A stretch of 64,000 nucleotides of DNA from Lytechinus pictus (lineage: Eukaryota), in NCBI RefSeq assembly GCF_037042905.1, contig NC_087254.1:22692001-22756000 (forward strand). The letters run 5' to 3'. A program made the translations under genes and the position numbers. The notes under the pieces were generated by a model. That model ran no database searches. It was given only the letters and a program-made list of their open reading frames with translations, and was not told the DNA's origin. Positions within the stretch are counted from its first letter, which is position 1. Each line of letters starts with the position of its first letter. Positions 47,580-59,036 of the stretch are shown in pieces.

Positions 47580-50500
47580 TTATGAGCTGATGGCCCAGTC
47601 ATTAGAAGCAGCACCACCCCAGTCATCAGTACCAGTGTAATCCTGGCTGGGTGCAGCAGGAGCAGGAGCTGCAGCAGCAGCGGCAGCAGCAGCAGCTGGA
47701 GCAGCAGGGGTTGCATCAGCAACGGCCCAGTCTTCTGAGGGGCCACCATAGGTGCCGATTCCTCCGGGAGCCACAGGAACCTTGGCGGAATCAGCGGCCC
47801 ACTGTAACAATGAAAATATCCAAGAATCAATCTTACATCTTGCAATCAGATGAAATGCAATCAAGAGGAAAATTTGTATCAATTAGTGGTCTCCTCACAA
47901 GAAAATGAACAAATCAATTTGTTGGAGCTAAAATCATTCCAAATGTGTAATAGGTTTCTTGCAATATTTTCCAAGACTTATCAATTCTTAGTTCAATCTC
48001 AGTCACTTTTTTATCTCAAAAGTCAAGTAGGACCTATAAATTCAAAATAATTTCATTTACTAGTTATCTAGTCTGGTTTGGTATCTAATTTTCTTCCAGC
48101 ATGTGGAGGAAAGAGACTTTATCCATCTTTCAAACATTTTTGCTACTCATGATAGCACTATCAGTCACCAGTGGTGATAGATCACATGTGTGAACGTTCC
48201 TTTATCACGACTGGTGACCAATTACCACTCGCTGTCTGCCACCATTTGAGATGTTTGTGCCATGAATAAAAAGAAACAATAAATTCTGAATAGACATAAC
48301 ATCAAATACCTAATATAATTGGACAGAGCTCAGACCATTGATAATACTTCATAATATACATTGACCCCCTGGTTGATTGAGGGGAAACTGCATATTCTTT
48401 GACTTTTAACCAAATGACCCTGAAATAATCAAGATCATCGGCACTACATATACATGCACTAGCCTCGTTTGAGGTTGATCTGGGGCCCGTTGCAGAAAGA
48501 GTTGCAATCAATCGCAACTTTAAAAATCATGCGCAACTCGATTTTCAACCAATCAACAGCGTGCATTTGGGACTTGCGATTGATTTTTTGACTTGCGTTT
48601 AAACGCAACTCTTTCTGCAACGGACCCCTGTACACATGGATGGCTCAAAAGAAAAATTGAAATATGCTTCCCTGGGTGATAGGTCAGGACAACTAAAATT
48701 AACCTATAAAAATTCCAGCTCTGTTCATCACCCTGTTCACTTTTACAAAGTATATGCTTTGATAAGCATGTATATATGCATGGGAGAGTAGATTGACGAT
48801 GTGCAATGCCAGGGTACTTACATCAGTTACTTCTCCCACAACTTGTCCTGCTGGTGGTACAGCTACAGGCTCAGCACTCCATTGTTCAGCGTAGGGCTGA
48901 GCTGGCTCCTCCTTCACGGCGGTAGCACGGTCGCGGGCTTCTTGTTCTTCCTTCTCAGCCTGAAAAACATTAAAAAAACAGATACATTGAGTTTCTAGAA
49001 GGAAAGTAATCAGACAAAGTTCTGAATTCAACCAGGAGTTTTATGCTCTTCTTTCTCAGTCTGAAAGACAAGACTACACCTGAAATGTCATTGATTAGGT
49101 GTGATTAAATACCCCTACTGTATCACAAACTTCTTTTTTGAAAAAACATTTAAAAATGAAAATAGCATTTTTCACCAATTCATTTCCACTTACCATTGAT
49201 AATATGCTTCATGAAATAAGGACTAATTTTAATCACATCACATTGGCATAGATTTAGAATCATAGCTCTATGAGGAACCCATGTGTGTCTTACATGGTGC
49301 AAATTGGAGCTACATGATAAACCAGCTGTGAAAAAAACATCGCAATACATTGTCCTTAGAGTTAATGGTTCACAACCATTTTTATTTCATAAAAAGATGT
49401 GGAGATAGGGGAATAAAATATAGGATGTGGATGACATTTTCATTACCCTTTTCTTAGGTTCCTGGTAGGTTTGGATTGAGGTAACTGGGATAACATGTGT
49501 ATGATAGCATATCAAGGCAGATTTCTTGTCAGAAGCACATCAAAACCTCATATATTTATAATATAGCGATAAGTGACATATCATGGACCCAACTTCATCC
49601 ATTTCTTCACTGAAATTTTGATATCACAATATGTTGTTAATATCATATCTTGCAGCCCTATTGGTGACATCAAAAGCATTAAAGATTTAAGAGGTTCAAT
49701 TTTTACCTCTTCTGGATCTCTGAAGAAGTAAAGATCGCACATGATCTCCCAAGTGACATCACGGCTGATAGCTCCACGGAGACGGAGTACCTCACGGGAC
49801 AACATCCACCACATCAGACCAATAGAATGGATGCTCTGGTAGGAGTTAATAATAATAATAATTGTGAATTCATGAAGCACAATACAACACACAGGAATGC
49901 CAGTCAGTTTTACTCATTGGTCCTGAAAAGAAGCTAAAACATGTTACAGCCCCATACATATGTGCTGTACAATGATGAAGACTGGCATCCCCAAATACAA
50001 AGTTAGTAAAACCATGAGAAACTCACATGGCAACAAGATAGATAAATAGTTTTCACTAAAGGCAAACCAAGGAAGCTTACTTCTTTATAAAAATGCATTT
50101 TCAGGTTGGCTTAGAACAGTGTATTTAACAATGAAGACTATTCCAGAGTTTGGGTTCAGCACTAACAAAGGCATGGTCACCTTGTAGTGTAATCTTTGTT
50201 TTACAAGGTGGAATACTGAGCACAGTGGATGGGAGAATAAGAAATCAGCATTGCACTTATTGATAATGATATCAATAATAATTCAAATCATCTTACTTGT
50301 AGGGTCTTTGATCTAAAATTAAGGGGGATAAATGGAAGGATGAATGTTTGATATTTGATGCATTGGACCTGGAAAACATTGATCACATCTTTCAAGAATG
50401 AAGTTGGAAGCACAGATACTTGGTAAAAAATCATGGAAAAAATAGACAATTTGAAAGATCTGAAGTATTGTGCTACTTACCTTGTTGTTGCATGGGATAG

Positions 50501-52165
50501 CAATATCGACGTAGCGAAGAGGCGAGTCAGTGTTGCAGAGAGCAATGACTGGGATGTTAACGTAGGATGCCTCAGTGACCGGCTGATGATCAGAGCGTGG
50601 GTCAGTCACAATCAAGATACGAGGCTCACGGAAAGCAGCTTGGATCTGATTGGTGAATGTACCGGGTGTGTAACGGCCAGCGATAGGGGTGGCACCAGTG
50701 TGGGCACCAAACTTGAGCACAGCACGCTAAGAAGGGACAAAAAAGTAGAAGTGTAATACTTGACACCACAGTTACAAAAGATCTGGTAAAAAAAATCAAA
50801 ACACAGATTGGAAATGTGACATTTAGCAAGGCCTTGGCCTTCACAGATTAATATACATATCACCATTTCTCCCAAACCAAAGGCAAGGGTGCTGTGAATC
50901 TCATTGGGCAGCATATCTTGAGCTTTTACAAAGGGGTAAATTGCCAATTTGTCTATTGTCTACCTTAATTTAGTCTGCCATTCTGTCCATCATCATTTCG
51001 TTTAACAACCATTTGGCCCAATAACCATTTCGTCCAGTCATCACTTCGTCTAATCACCAGTTCGTCTATGACCATTTTGTCTCTAAACCAGTTGGTCTAA
51101 TACCAATTTTAATTTCATTTATATTGCCCAATTAACACTATGTCCAATTAGCCCAAATGGTATATGGACCAAATGGCTATTGGACCAACTGTTTATTAGA
51201 ACTGGTGAGTAAACGAAATGGCAATTAGACCATATGAATAGTGGACAGACTGATGGTAGACCAAATAGAAGAAAAGTTGGTAATTGGACAAATTGGCATT
51301 AGACCATTTGAAAATAAACCAAAGAAGGCATGTTAAAAGCATGAAATAAATTCCTTTCACATTGTGCTTGGGAGCATGCCAATTGCATTCTGCTTGAGTA
51401 AAAAGCCTCATGTCTATCTGTGGATGTAAGACCATTTCTTGCACTCAACGCCAATGTAACAAGAAAAACAAAGGATATAACTTACGGACCCATCGTCTCA
51501 TCAAAATTTTCTCTTTTTCGAAAATTTAATAATCACAATTTAAAGCATGCTCAAACGCAATGCAAATGAACAGATCTAACATGAAGAATGATAGAGAGGG
51601 AGTAGACTTACCTGACCATATGGTCTAGATGAGATGACACAGACATCAGCTGGGTTCTCAACAGCTACAATGATACGTGCAGCCAACACAAGCTTCTCCC
51701 AGGTCTTCCTCAGGTTGATGATGTAACTCCCTGTCAAAAGTGAAAAAATATTGAATTATTTAGAGTGTTCTATGACACAAGTGGTTAGTCGTTTCCACAA
51801 TTTCACATTTCTTGGCAACCATTTCCCTTCCAATTGTATGGATTCACGCAAGAAGTTTGGTTATATAAAAAAAAGGTTAAAAAAATCATTAAAATATCTG
51901 ACAGAGTATACTTTTTATTTGATATTTCCAATGGCTAAATGAATTCATTATACAATAATGACTCTGAAAAGAGAATTCAGTGAAACAAAACAAATAAAGT
52001 TACAATGAAATTGTGGAATGGCTTATTCTTACCATCTGGTTTTCGTTTGTAGACATACTGCTCCATCTGGTAATCCAGGTTGCCAGAGCCAATGTGAGCT
52101 CCGCTAGCAAGAAACTTCTGCACATCCTCCTCCTTGAGGGCGAGACAATCCAAACCTCCGGACAT
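47580..52165 (-). CDS. RPSA: 40S ribosomal protein SA (uS2, laminin receptor p40), 328 aa. complement(join(52033..52165, 51612..51730, 50481..50726, 49707..49835, 48822..48959, 47580..47801))
   Basis: [95 protein letters not shown] and C-terminal (D/E)W repeats. All introns are GT-AG and the spliced frame is 987 nt. Confidence 0.97.
48483..48627. mobile_element. PIF/Harbinger-type MITE in RPSA intron 6 (relative at about 45959..46219)
   Basis: 23-bp TIR GGG(C/T)CCGTTGCAGAAAGAGTTGC with a 3-bp TSD (CTG). Confidence 0.8.
50080..50200 (-). mobile_element. Decayed CR1/L2-type LINE 3' fragment in RPSA intron 4
   Basis: The minus strand translates to [15 protein letters not shown], resembling the RAFS.AAP.LWNSLP C-terminal motif of L2/CR1 ORF2. 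Confidence 0.45.
50934..51320. mobile_element. Foldback-like element built of short inverted sub-repeats (TTCGTCTA / TAGACCA) in RPSA intron 3
   Basis: The left half has ..TTCGTCTA/CCATTT repeats and the right half has their complements. Confidence 0.55.
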
Positions 52166-54632
52166 GGTTCTGCTGATCTAGTTAACGATGGTGATCAACC
52201 TGTCAAATCAACAATCAGAAAGCCCTTTATAAATTTCAATATTTTTTTTACGACAAGGCAAGATTTTCTAATCGAGAATATTTCTACATCAAATCACAAA
52301 TGGGAATAATTCAAAAGGGCACAATCAAGGCCAATGAGGAGCATTGAGGCCAATTAATAGGCATCCAAGCCCATACGTGTAGATTCATTTAAGCCCTGCA
52401 TTAATTTGTGACAAGATTTCTTATGGGAATTTTAATTACATATTCCCGTTAGCGTATACCTTGAATATTTTGTTGCATTTTCTGGTAAGGCATTGAAGGC
52501 AAAGTGGATGAAAAGGAAATAAAAAATAAAATCACAAAAATATGCTTGTAAATTTCAAAGCAACATCAGTATGTAATATTTGCAAAATATATGGCACTTC
52601 CAGAAGTCTTGGTAGATGATACAGATAATAATGGATAATATCTTAACATCATTCTCCTTATTGATTAAATGGCATAACACTTAAAATTCATCAAAAACTT
52701 TAATATCAAATACAAAACGTTGAAACATCTCACTATTTTTTCCCAAAATAAATCCCCTAGGCTTTAGGCCTATATGCATAACACAGTGGTAAAAATAGTC
52801 ATTTTCTATTTCTTTTATATTGTATTGCAGGCTTAAATTGAACAATATTTCATTTTTTGCAGATGTGAAAATAACGAAACTCATCATTTAACTAGCATGA
52901 AATCAGATCTATGGTAATGATGATATATTCAGGGAGGAATCTGTTTTCCATTCTGGGTATGAAAAAAATTTCATGAAATAAATACCAAAGAGCAAGTGGC
53001 CAACATCACAGGTTCCCTCATTTACCTACCGTACTAAGATACCAATATATACAATTGAACATATATTGTAACTGTTTTGTTTAATTAATGAAAACATTAT
53101 TTCACACTTCCTTATGAAGAGAAATTTTCAAATTTTCAAAAAATAGTTCACTTAAATAGCACTTCATAGGTTGTGTTTCTAAACACTTTACATCCTTCCC
53201 AAGGAAATGGAATAGAAAGATGATGAAAAGGACAAAATGCACTTTTCAAAGTCCCTATTCCCCGGCAGCCATTTTGTGAATTTCAAAACTTTTCCCACAG
53301 AAAACATGTCTGGTTTTAAGTGACCAAAATATTTCACATGCGAAAAGGGGTGCAACTGGCAGCTGATATCGAGAAAAAACTGTTCTCCGCAAAAATTAAA
53401 TCTTTATTATTTGGAAGTATTTCTGTATTCAAATTTGTTGAATGCATTTGATAATATGACTGAATGAAGAGTTCAGAAATATGATCCACTAATGATGCAG
53501 GGCACAAGATATGCAGGCGCTAATGCAGTTTCGCACCAACCAACTTTGAGCAAATTTCCCAGCAGTATTGTTTATGAATGACATAGTAAGTCCCTCTATC
53601 ATATTTCAAGGTCAATATGCCCACTGGCACTTTTCTGAATATCACGATCAGGAACGTTTGTATATTTCGGCTTTGATCTTGATGTCATCGTTCAAAATCA
53701 AAGTCACGCATCACTTTGCTGCACATTAATTTAGCTATGGACTGAAGTTAGCGACCAAAATAATGCTGCCTAACACTACAGGTAAGCTGAAGCAGGCAAA
53801 TCTTTTGGTCGATAACTTCAGTCTATATCAAAGTTACTACGGCGATGCCAAGTCTGACTGAGTCTGAGTCGACAGACTGAGTTCGAACGATATACGATAA
53901 TCGCATCGAGATCGGCAAGAGCCAAAATAAAGTCGACTACAATTACAACTGTTCCCGATCACGATATTTGGCAAAATATAAAATATAAGCGAATCTGACC
54001 GAGACTTGCTATGAGTATGAGTGACATTTGCGAATTGTGGCAGGGATATCCTACCTTCCTGGGGGAAAGTCGGCCAGTGCATATTTACTTAAGTTTGCAA
54101 TGAATGATTTAACGTTAGGCCTAGATCTTTGTAATTGTATTGTAATTAAGTTAGACTTTAGGCTTTAGCATCACAATGCAATGCCGAGAGTAGGTACCTA
54201 ACCTAGCCATGTGCACACAAATTGTCAACACTAACAGTCAACACAGACACAGTGATGATTCCCACACTCACAGCCCAGGCAGGGAATGATTTTGCTTTAC
54301 AAATTTGAATAACATTTTTGGTCATTAGACTTAGAGACATCGGCCCCGCGCCAAACTCACACGCCACAGCCACAGGCCATCGTCATCGACCGCGGCCACG
54401 TGTGTCGCTCACTCAACTGCTCGCGTCTTCCCTGTACAATTCATGGCAATGTCAATTAATTAGTTGTCGGAGCAAAATATTAATCTTAATTTCTGCAAGG
54501 CATACAAATAAAACAACAATTGCATTCTTAATAGATGGGGAAAATATTATTGTTTCATGATATTAACTTGCTTGATTACAAAATAGTATACATTTTTCTA
54601 AAATTGGGATTATTTCAGGAAGAAAATCTTAC

Positions 54633-54690
54633 ACTTCGTTCAAGCCGTATGGAGCTTTGGTGAAAAGGATGTGCTATGTATCGATCGAGC
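54633..54690 (-). promoter_or_regulatory. RPSA: RPSA non-coding exon 1 (54633..about 54667) with TCT initiator/5'TOP and an upstream DRE-like site
   Basis: Minus strand TC-C(+1)TTTTC, then a GTAAGA donor at 54632. TATCGATC at 54679..54686. The exon 2 acceptor is at 52200. Confidence 0.8.
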
Positions 54691-54787
54691 GCGCGGCGAC
54701 GGACGACGTGCATGGGTCGAAATTGAACGAACGTCTGCAATATTTACAATGCTAATTGTAAAAGTGCTAAAATACATACATGTACCG

Positions 54788-55056
54788 TAGATATAGGGAG
54801 ATAGATAGATAGATAGATAGATAGGGATGGATGGGTGGACAGATAGATAGGGATGGATAGATTTATTTTAATAGAGAGGGGGAGAGACAGACAGGCAGAT
54901 AGACAAATAGATAGATAGAAAGATTGATAGAGGGGAGAGACAGACAGATAGATAGATAGGTAGATAGATATATTGATAGAGAGAGGATGGGGAGAGGGAG
55001 AGACAGACAGACAAAAAGATAAATAGATAGATAGGGATGAATGGATAGATAGATAG
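54788..55056. repeat. (GATA/GACA/GA)n compound microsatellite just upstream of the RPSA promoter
   Basis: Visible tetranucleotide runs. Confidence 0.9.
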
Positions 55057-55567
55057 AATGTACAAATTTAATGCAAAGTTGACAAATGAAAATTGTGCTC
55101 TAACTCTTGCAGCGTCACATGCTCATCACAAGCTCCCATTATTCATTTAGGCCTACTGGGGAATGCAGGAATTTTTCTCACCGTGCTTTGCACCTGAAAA
55201 CTCGTGTTTGCAGCAAAGCATTTTGACTCGATTCTGAGAGTCACATTTACTGCTTACAGATAACCATGTAAGGTATTGGAGTACACTAAGGTGTTTGTTA
55301 TATATTGAATGCAAGCCAAGGTCATTTGAATTTCTAGCAGAGTACCATTTTTTCATATTATTCCTAGATATCATGTCAAGAAATAAATAAATAGCTCACA
55401 GCAATTATTTCCATTTTTTTCACCCAATCTTTGGAATGCAATCCCCGGATGCAATCCTTAGTGTTATGATAGATGGTCAAACTAGATGTAGATGTGATCT
55501 TCCTCTCTTTTTTTTTGACTTGATAAAAAGCACATTCAAACAAAGAGGGTAAGAACCAAACATTTAA

Positions 55568-56167
55568 AGGTCAAGTCCACCCCAGGAAAATGCTGACTTG
55601 AATAAATAGAGAAAAATCAAACTAGCATAGTGCTGAAAATTTCATCAAAATCGGATGTATAATAAGATATAAGAAAGTTATGACATTTTAAAGTTTTGCT
55701 TATTTTTCACAAAACAGTGATATGCACAACTAGGTGAGTCAGTCGATGATGTCCATCACTCACTATTTCTTTTGTTTTTTATTGTTTGAATTATACAATA
55801 TTTCATTTCTTTTATAGATTTGACAATAAGGACCAACTTGACTGAACTATATAGTATCAAACAATGCTAATTCCACATGTTCAGGGAGGAATTAATCATT
55901 GTATCACTGGACAATGAGGAGAAAATGAGAATATTTCATATTTCATATAATAGAATACAAAAGAAATAGTGAGTGGATGACGTCATAGTCTCCTCATTTG
56001 CATATCAGCCAGGATGTGCTTATAACTGTTTTGTGAAATTTAGAGAAACTTTAAAATGTCATAACTTTCTTATTTTACATCCGAATTTGATGAAATTTTC
56101 AGTGTTATGTTTGTTGGATTTTTCTCTTTTTATTCAAATCAACTTTTTTGGGGGGTGGACTTGTCCT
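55568..56167. mobile_element. TTAA-flanked Kolobok-like MITE with long imperfect TIRs
   Basis: TTAA|AGGTCAAGTCCACCCC ... GGGGTGGACTTGTCCT|TTAA. Confidence 0.8.
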
Positions 56168-56318
56168 TTAAGGCCAGTTGCACAAATACTTGCTGCATTT
56201 CAATATTACTGAAAAAAACACTAACAAAAGTAACATGATGTTCAACCTATCAAAGAAACGCATCAGGGATTTGCATTAGTTTACTTTTGTTCGTTTTCCA
56301 GTAACATCTATAACTTAA

Positions 56319-56903
56319 AGGACAGGTCCACCCCAACAAAAAGTTTATTTGAATATAAAGAGAAAAATCTAACAAGCATAACACTGAAAATTTCATCAAA
56401 ATCGGATGTAAAATAAGAAATGACATTTTAAAGTTTCGCTTAATTTCACATAACAGTTATATGCACATCCTGGTCTGTATGCAAATGACGAGACTGATAT
56501 GACGTCATCCACTCACTATTTCTGTTGTATTTCAATATATGAGATAATATTCTAATTTTCTCCTTAATGTCAAGTGGAACAACGATTAATTCCTCCCTGA
56601 ACATGTGGAAGGAGCATTATTTAATACTTTACGGTTCAGTCAACTTGGCCCTTACTGTCAAATATGTAAAAAAATGTATTGTATAAATCAAATAAAAAAC
56701 AAAAGAGTGGTTGGACATCATCGAATGACTCATTTGCAAACCACTGAGTTGTGCATATCACTGTTTTGTGAAAAATAAGAGATACTTAAAAATGCCATAA
56801 CTTTCTTATTTTACATCCGATTTTGATGAAATTTTAAGCTTTATACTAATTTGATATTCCTCTATTTATTCAAATCAACATTTTTCTGGGGTGGACTTGA
56901 CCT
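56319..56903. mobile_element. TTAA-flanked Kolobok-like MITE, opposite orientation to its neighbour
   Basis: TTAA|AGGACAGGTCCACCCC ... GGGGTGGACTTGACCT|TTAA. Confidence 0.8.
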
Positions 56904-57179
56904 TTAAAACACTACAATTTATGCAACGGGCCAAATGGGAATGGGAGACAAAAGGAACATCATTTACATGAGTTTTTTTTTCTACAAGTGAATAGAACTT
57001 TTATTGATCCCTCATATACTTTTTCTACAAATAATTGTTGAAGAAATTATTATTATACAAAATATATAAATAAGTGTATTTAATCGTAGCTATTGAAATG
57101 AAAGATATCTGAATACAATGATTGTACTTTACAATTCGCTGTACAATTTTTAACAGATATTTCATCATATTGCAAACAT

Positions 57180-57595
57180 CGCATACATTCGTAATTCAGA
57201 AGCTTCGTTATTCCGAAGGTTCGGTTATTCCGAAGGTTCGTATTTCCAAAGGTTCGTAATTCCAAAGGTTCGTTAATCCAAAAACGAAATAAGGTTCGTT
57301 AGTCCGAAAACGAAATGATTAACGAACCTTATTTCGTTTTCGGACTAACGAACCTTCGGAACAACGAACCTTATTTCGTTTTCGGATTAACGAACCTTCG
57401 GAACAACGAACCTTATTTCGTTTTCGGATTATCGAACCTTCGGAAAAACGAACCTTCGGAATAACGCCACAAATGTTCGGATTAACAAACCCTTTTACGT
57501 TTTCGGATTAACGTACATCGAGGTATAGGCAATTTACGTGTTTCGGAATTACGAACCTTCAGAATAAAGAACCTTCGGAATTACGAAGTGTAACC
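57180..57595. mobile_element. Foldback (Mutator-like) element with arms made of about 16-bp tandem repeats (TTCGTTATTCCGAAGG)
   Basis: Inverted repeat arrays flanked by a 9-bp direct duplication TGCAAACAT (57171..57179 and 57596..57604). Confidence 0.8.
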
Positions 57596-58309
57596 TGCAA
57601 ACATTACTGTAATGCTTTTTTTCATCAGTCATATTTCAATGCTGGCTTGGCTTTGAAATCATGATTACAAGGTTGGCTGGGATACAAATAACCATTTTTG
57701 TAAATACATGTATTTACACTTCATGTAGTTAATACATTGATTAACGTCCTATCATACATGCTATGTGAATTGTTCATTATGAAATATACATGGATATCAT
57801 ATCTTTCATTTATTTATTCATAATAAACTTTTTACATCAGTTATATATTCATGTTATAGAGAACTTTAGCATATTACATATCTATGAATTACAATTTAGG
57901 GTTACGGTACTTTACAATTTATTAAAGACCCATCATTACAATAAAACAGAAACTTTATTCAATTCAGATGTTTGAAGTCAGACCTTCAACATAAAACCCC
58001 CACATAACTGACATACAAATCATTTATTAAAAACAATGAAAATACAACTTCCAGACCACAAGGTATTTTCAAAGAACCAAAATCACTTTTAAACAATATT
58101 TTAAAATATCAAATTCGCATCACTTGCCCGAAAGAACTTAAACTTTTAATTTAGAATAACATGCAACACTCAAAACATACATTTTTTCTGAGTATATAAA
58201 TTTTCTAAACATTTGCACTTGATTCAGTTTCTAAATGTAATTTAATTCATTCAACTTGAAATGTGTACTTTCTCAGCACTCATTCTTCTCCTAAACAAAT
58301 ACAATTTAA

Positions 58310-59036
58310 AAACTAGAAATATCACTGAAGGCTGTATGCGGTTACCATGGCAACAGTTTCCAACACATGGAAAATATGTCTTGCCTAGTATGACCCCAGG
58401 ACCAATGTGTGAGCTGAATATGAGAATTGGTTAAAAACAGATGAAGTAGTTCCAACTGCAAGATTTTTGCCTAATTTTTTGACATACATGTTATTACCAT
58501 GGCAACACAATTTCCAACACATGAAAAATATGCCCTGCACATGTTTACCTAAAGACCAATGTGTGAGCCAAATTTCATGAGAAGTGGTTGAAAACTGATG
58601 TAGTACAAACCACAAGATTTTTACATAATTTGGGGCATATAATGTTGTTACCATGGCAACTCGATTTTCGACATACACAAAATATGTGTCTCAGATATCT
58701 TTACCTCAAAATCAATGCGTCAGGCAAGTTTCATGAGAATTGGTTAAAAACTGAAGAAGTAGTTCGAACTGCAAGATGTTTACTTAATTTTTCCCATCAT
58801 ATACTGTTACCATGGCAACCCAATATCTGAGACATACAAAAAAAAGTGTCTTGCACATCTTTACCCCAAAACCAATATGAGTGCCAGCCAAGTTTCATGA
58901 GAATTGGTTAAAATCTGAGGATAGTTCGATGCACAAGATTTGCAACGGACCGACCGCCAGACCAACCAACTGCCCATCCGTAAACTGATTTCAATCAATA
59001 TACCCCTTTCAAATTTCCGTTTGGCGGGAGTATAAT
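58310..59036 (+). mobile_element. Helentron/HINE-like non-autonomous element with about 155-bp internal tandem repeats
   Basis: AACTAGAAAT start, four units each with (G/A)TTACCATGGCAAC (58341, 58493, 58647, 58806), and a terminal hairpin followed by GGGAGTATAA. Confidence 0.5.

Noticed and set aside
49263-49315. H/ACA snoRNA hairpin in RPSA intron 5
   Set aside because: The correctly spaced ACA is on the strand antisense to RPSA. No H box, partner hairpin or rRNA target was identified.
51480-51490. Alternative GTAAGT donor in RPSA intron 3
   Set aside because: A single hexamer is expected by chance in AT-rich introns, and there is no other support.
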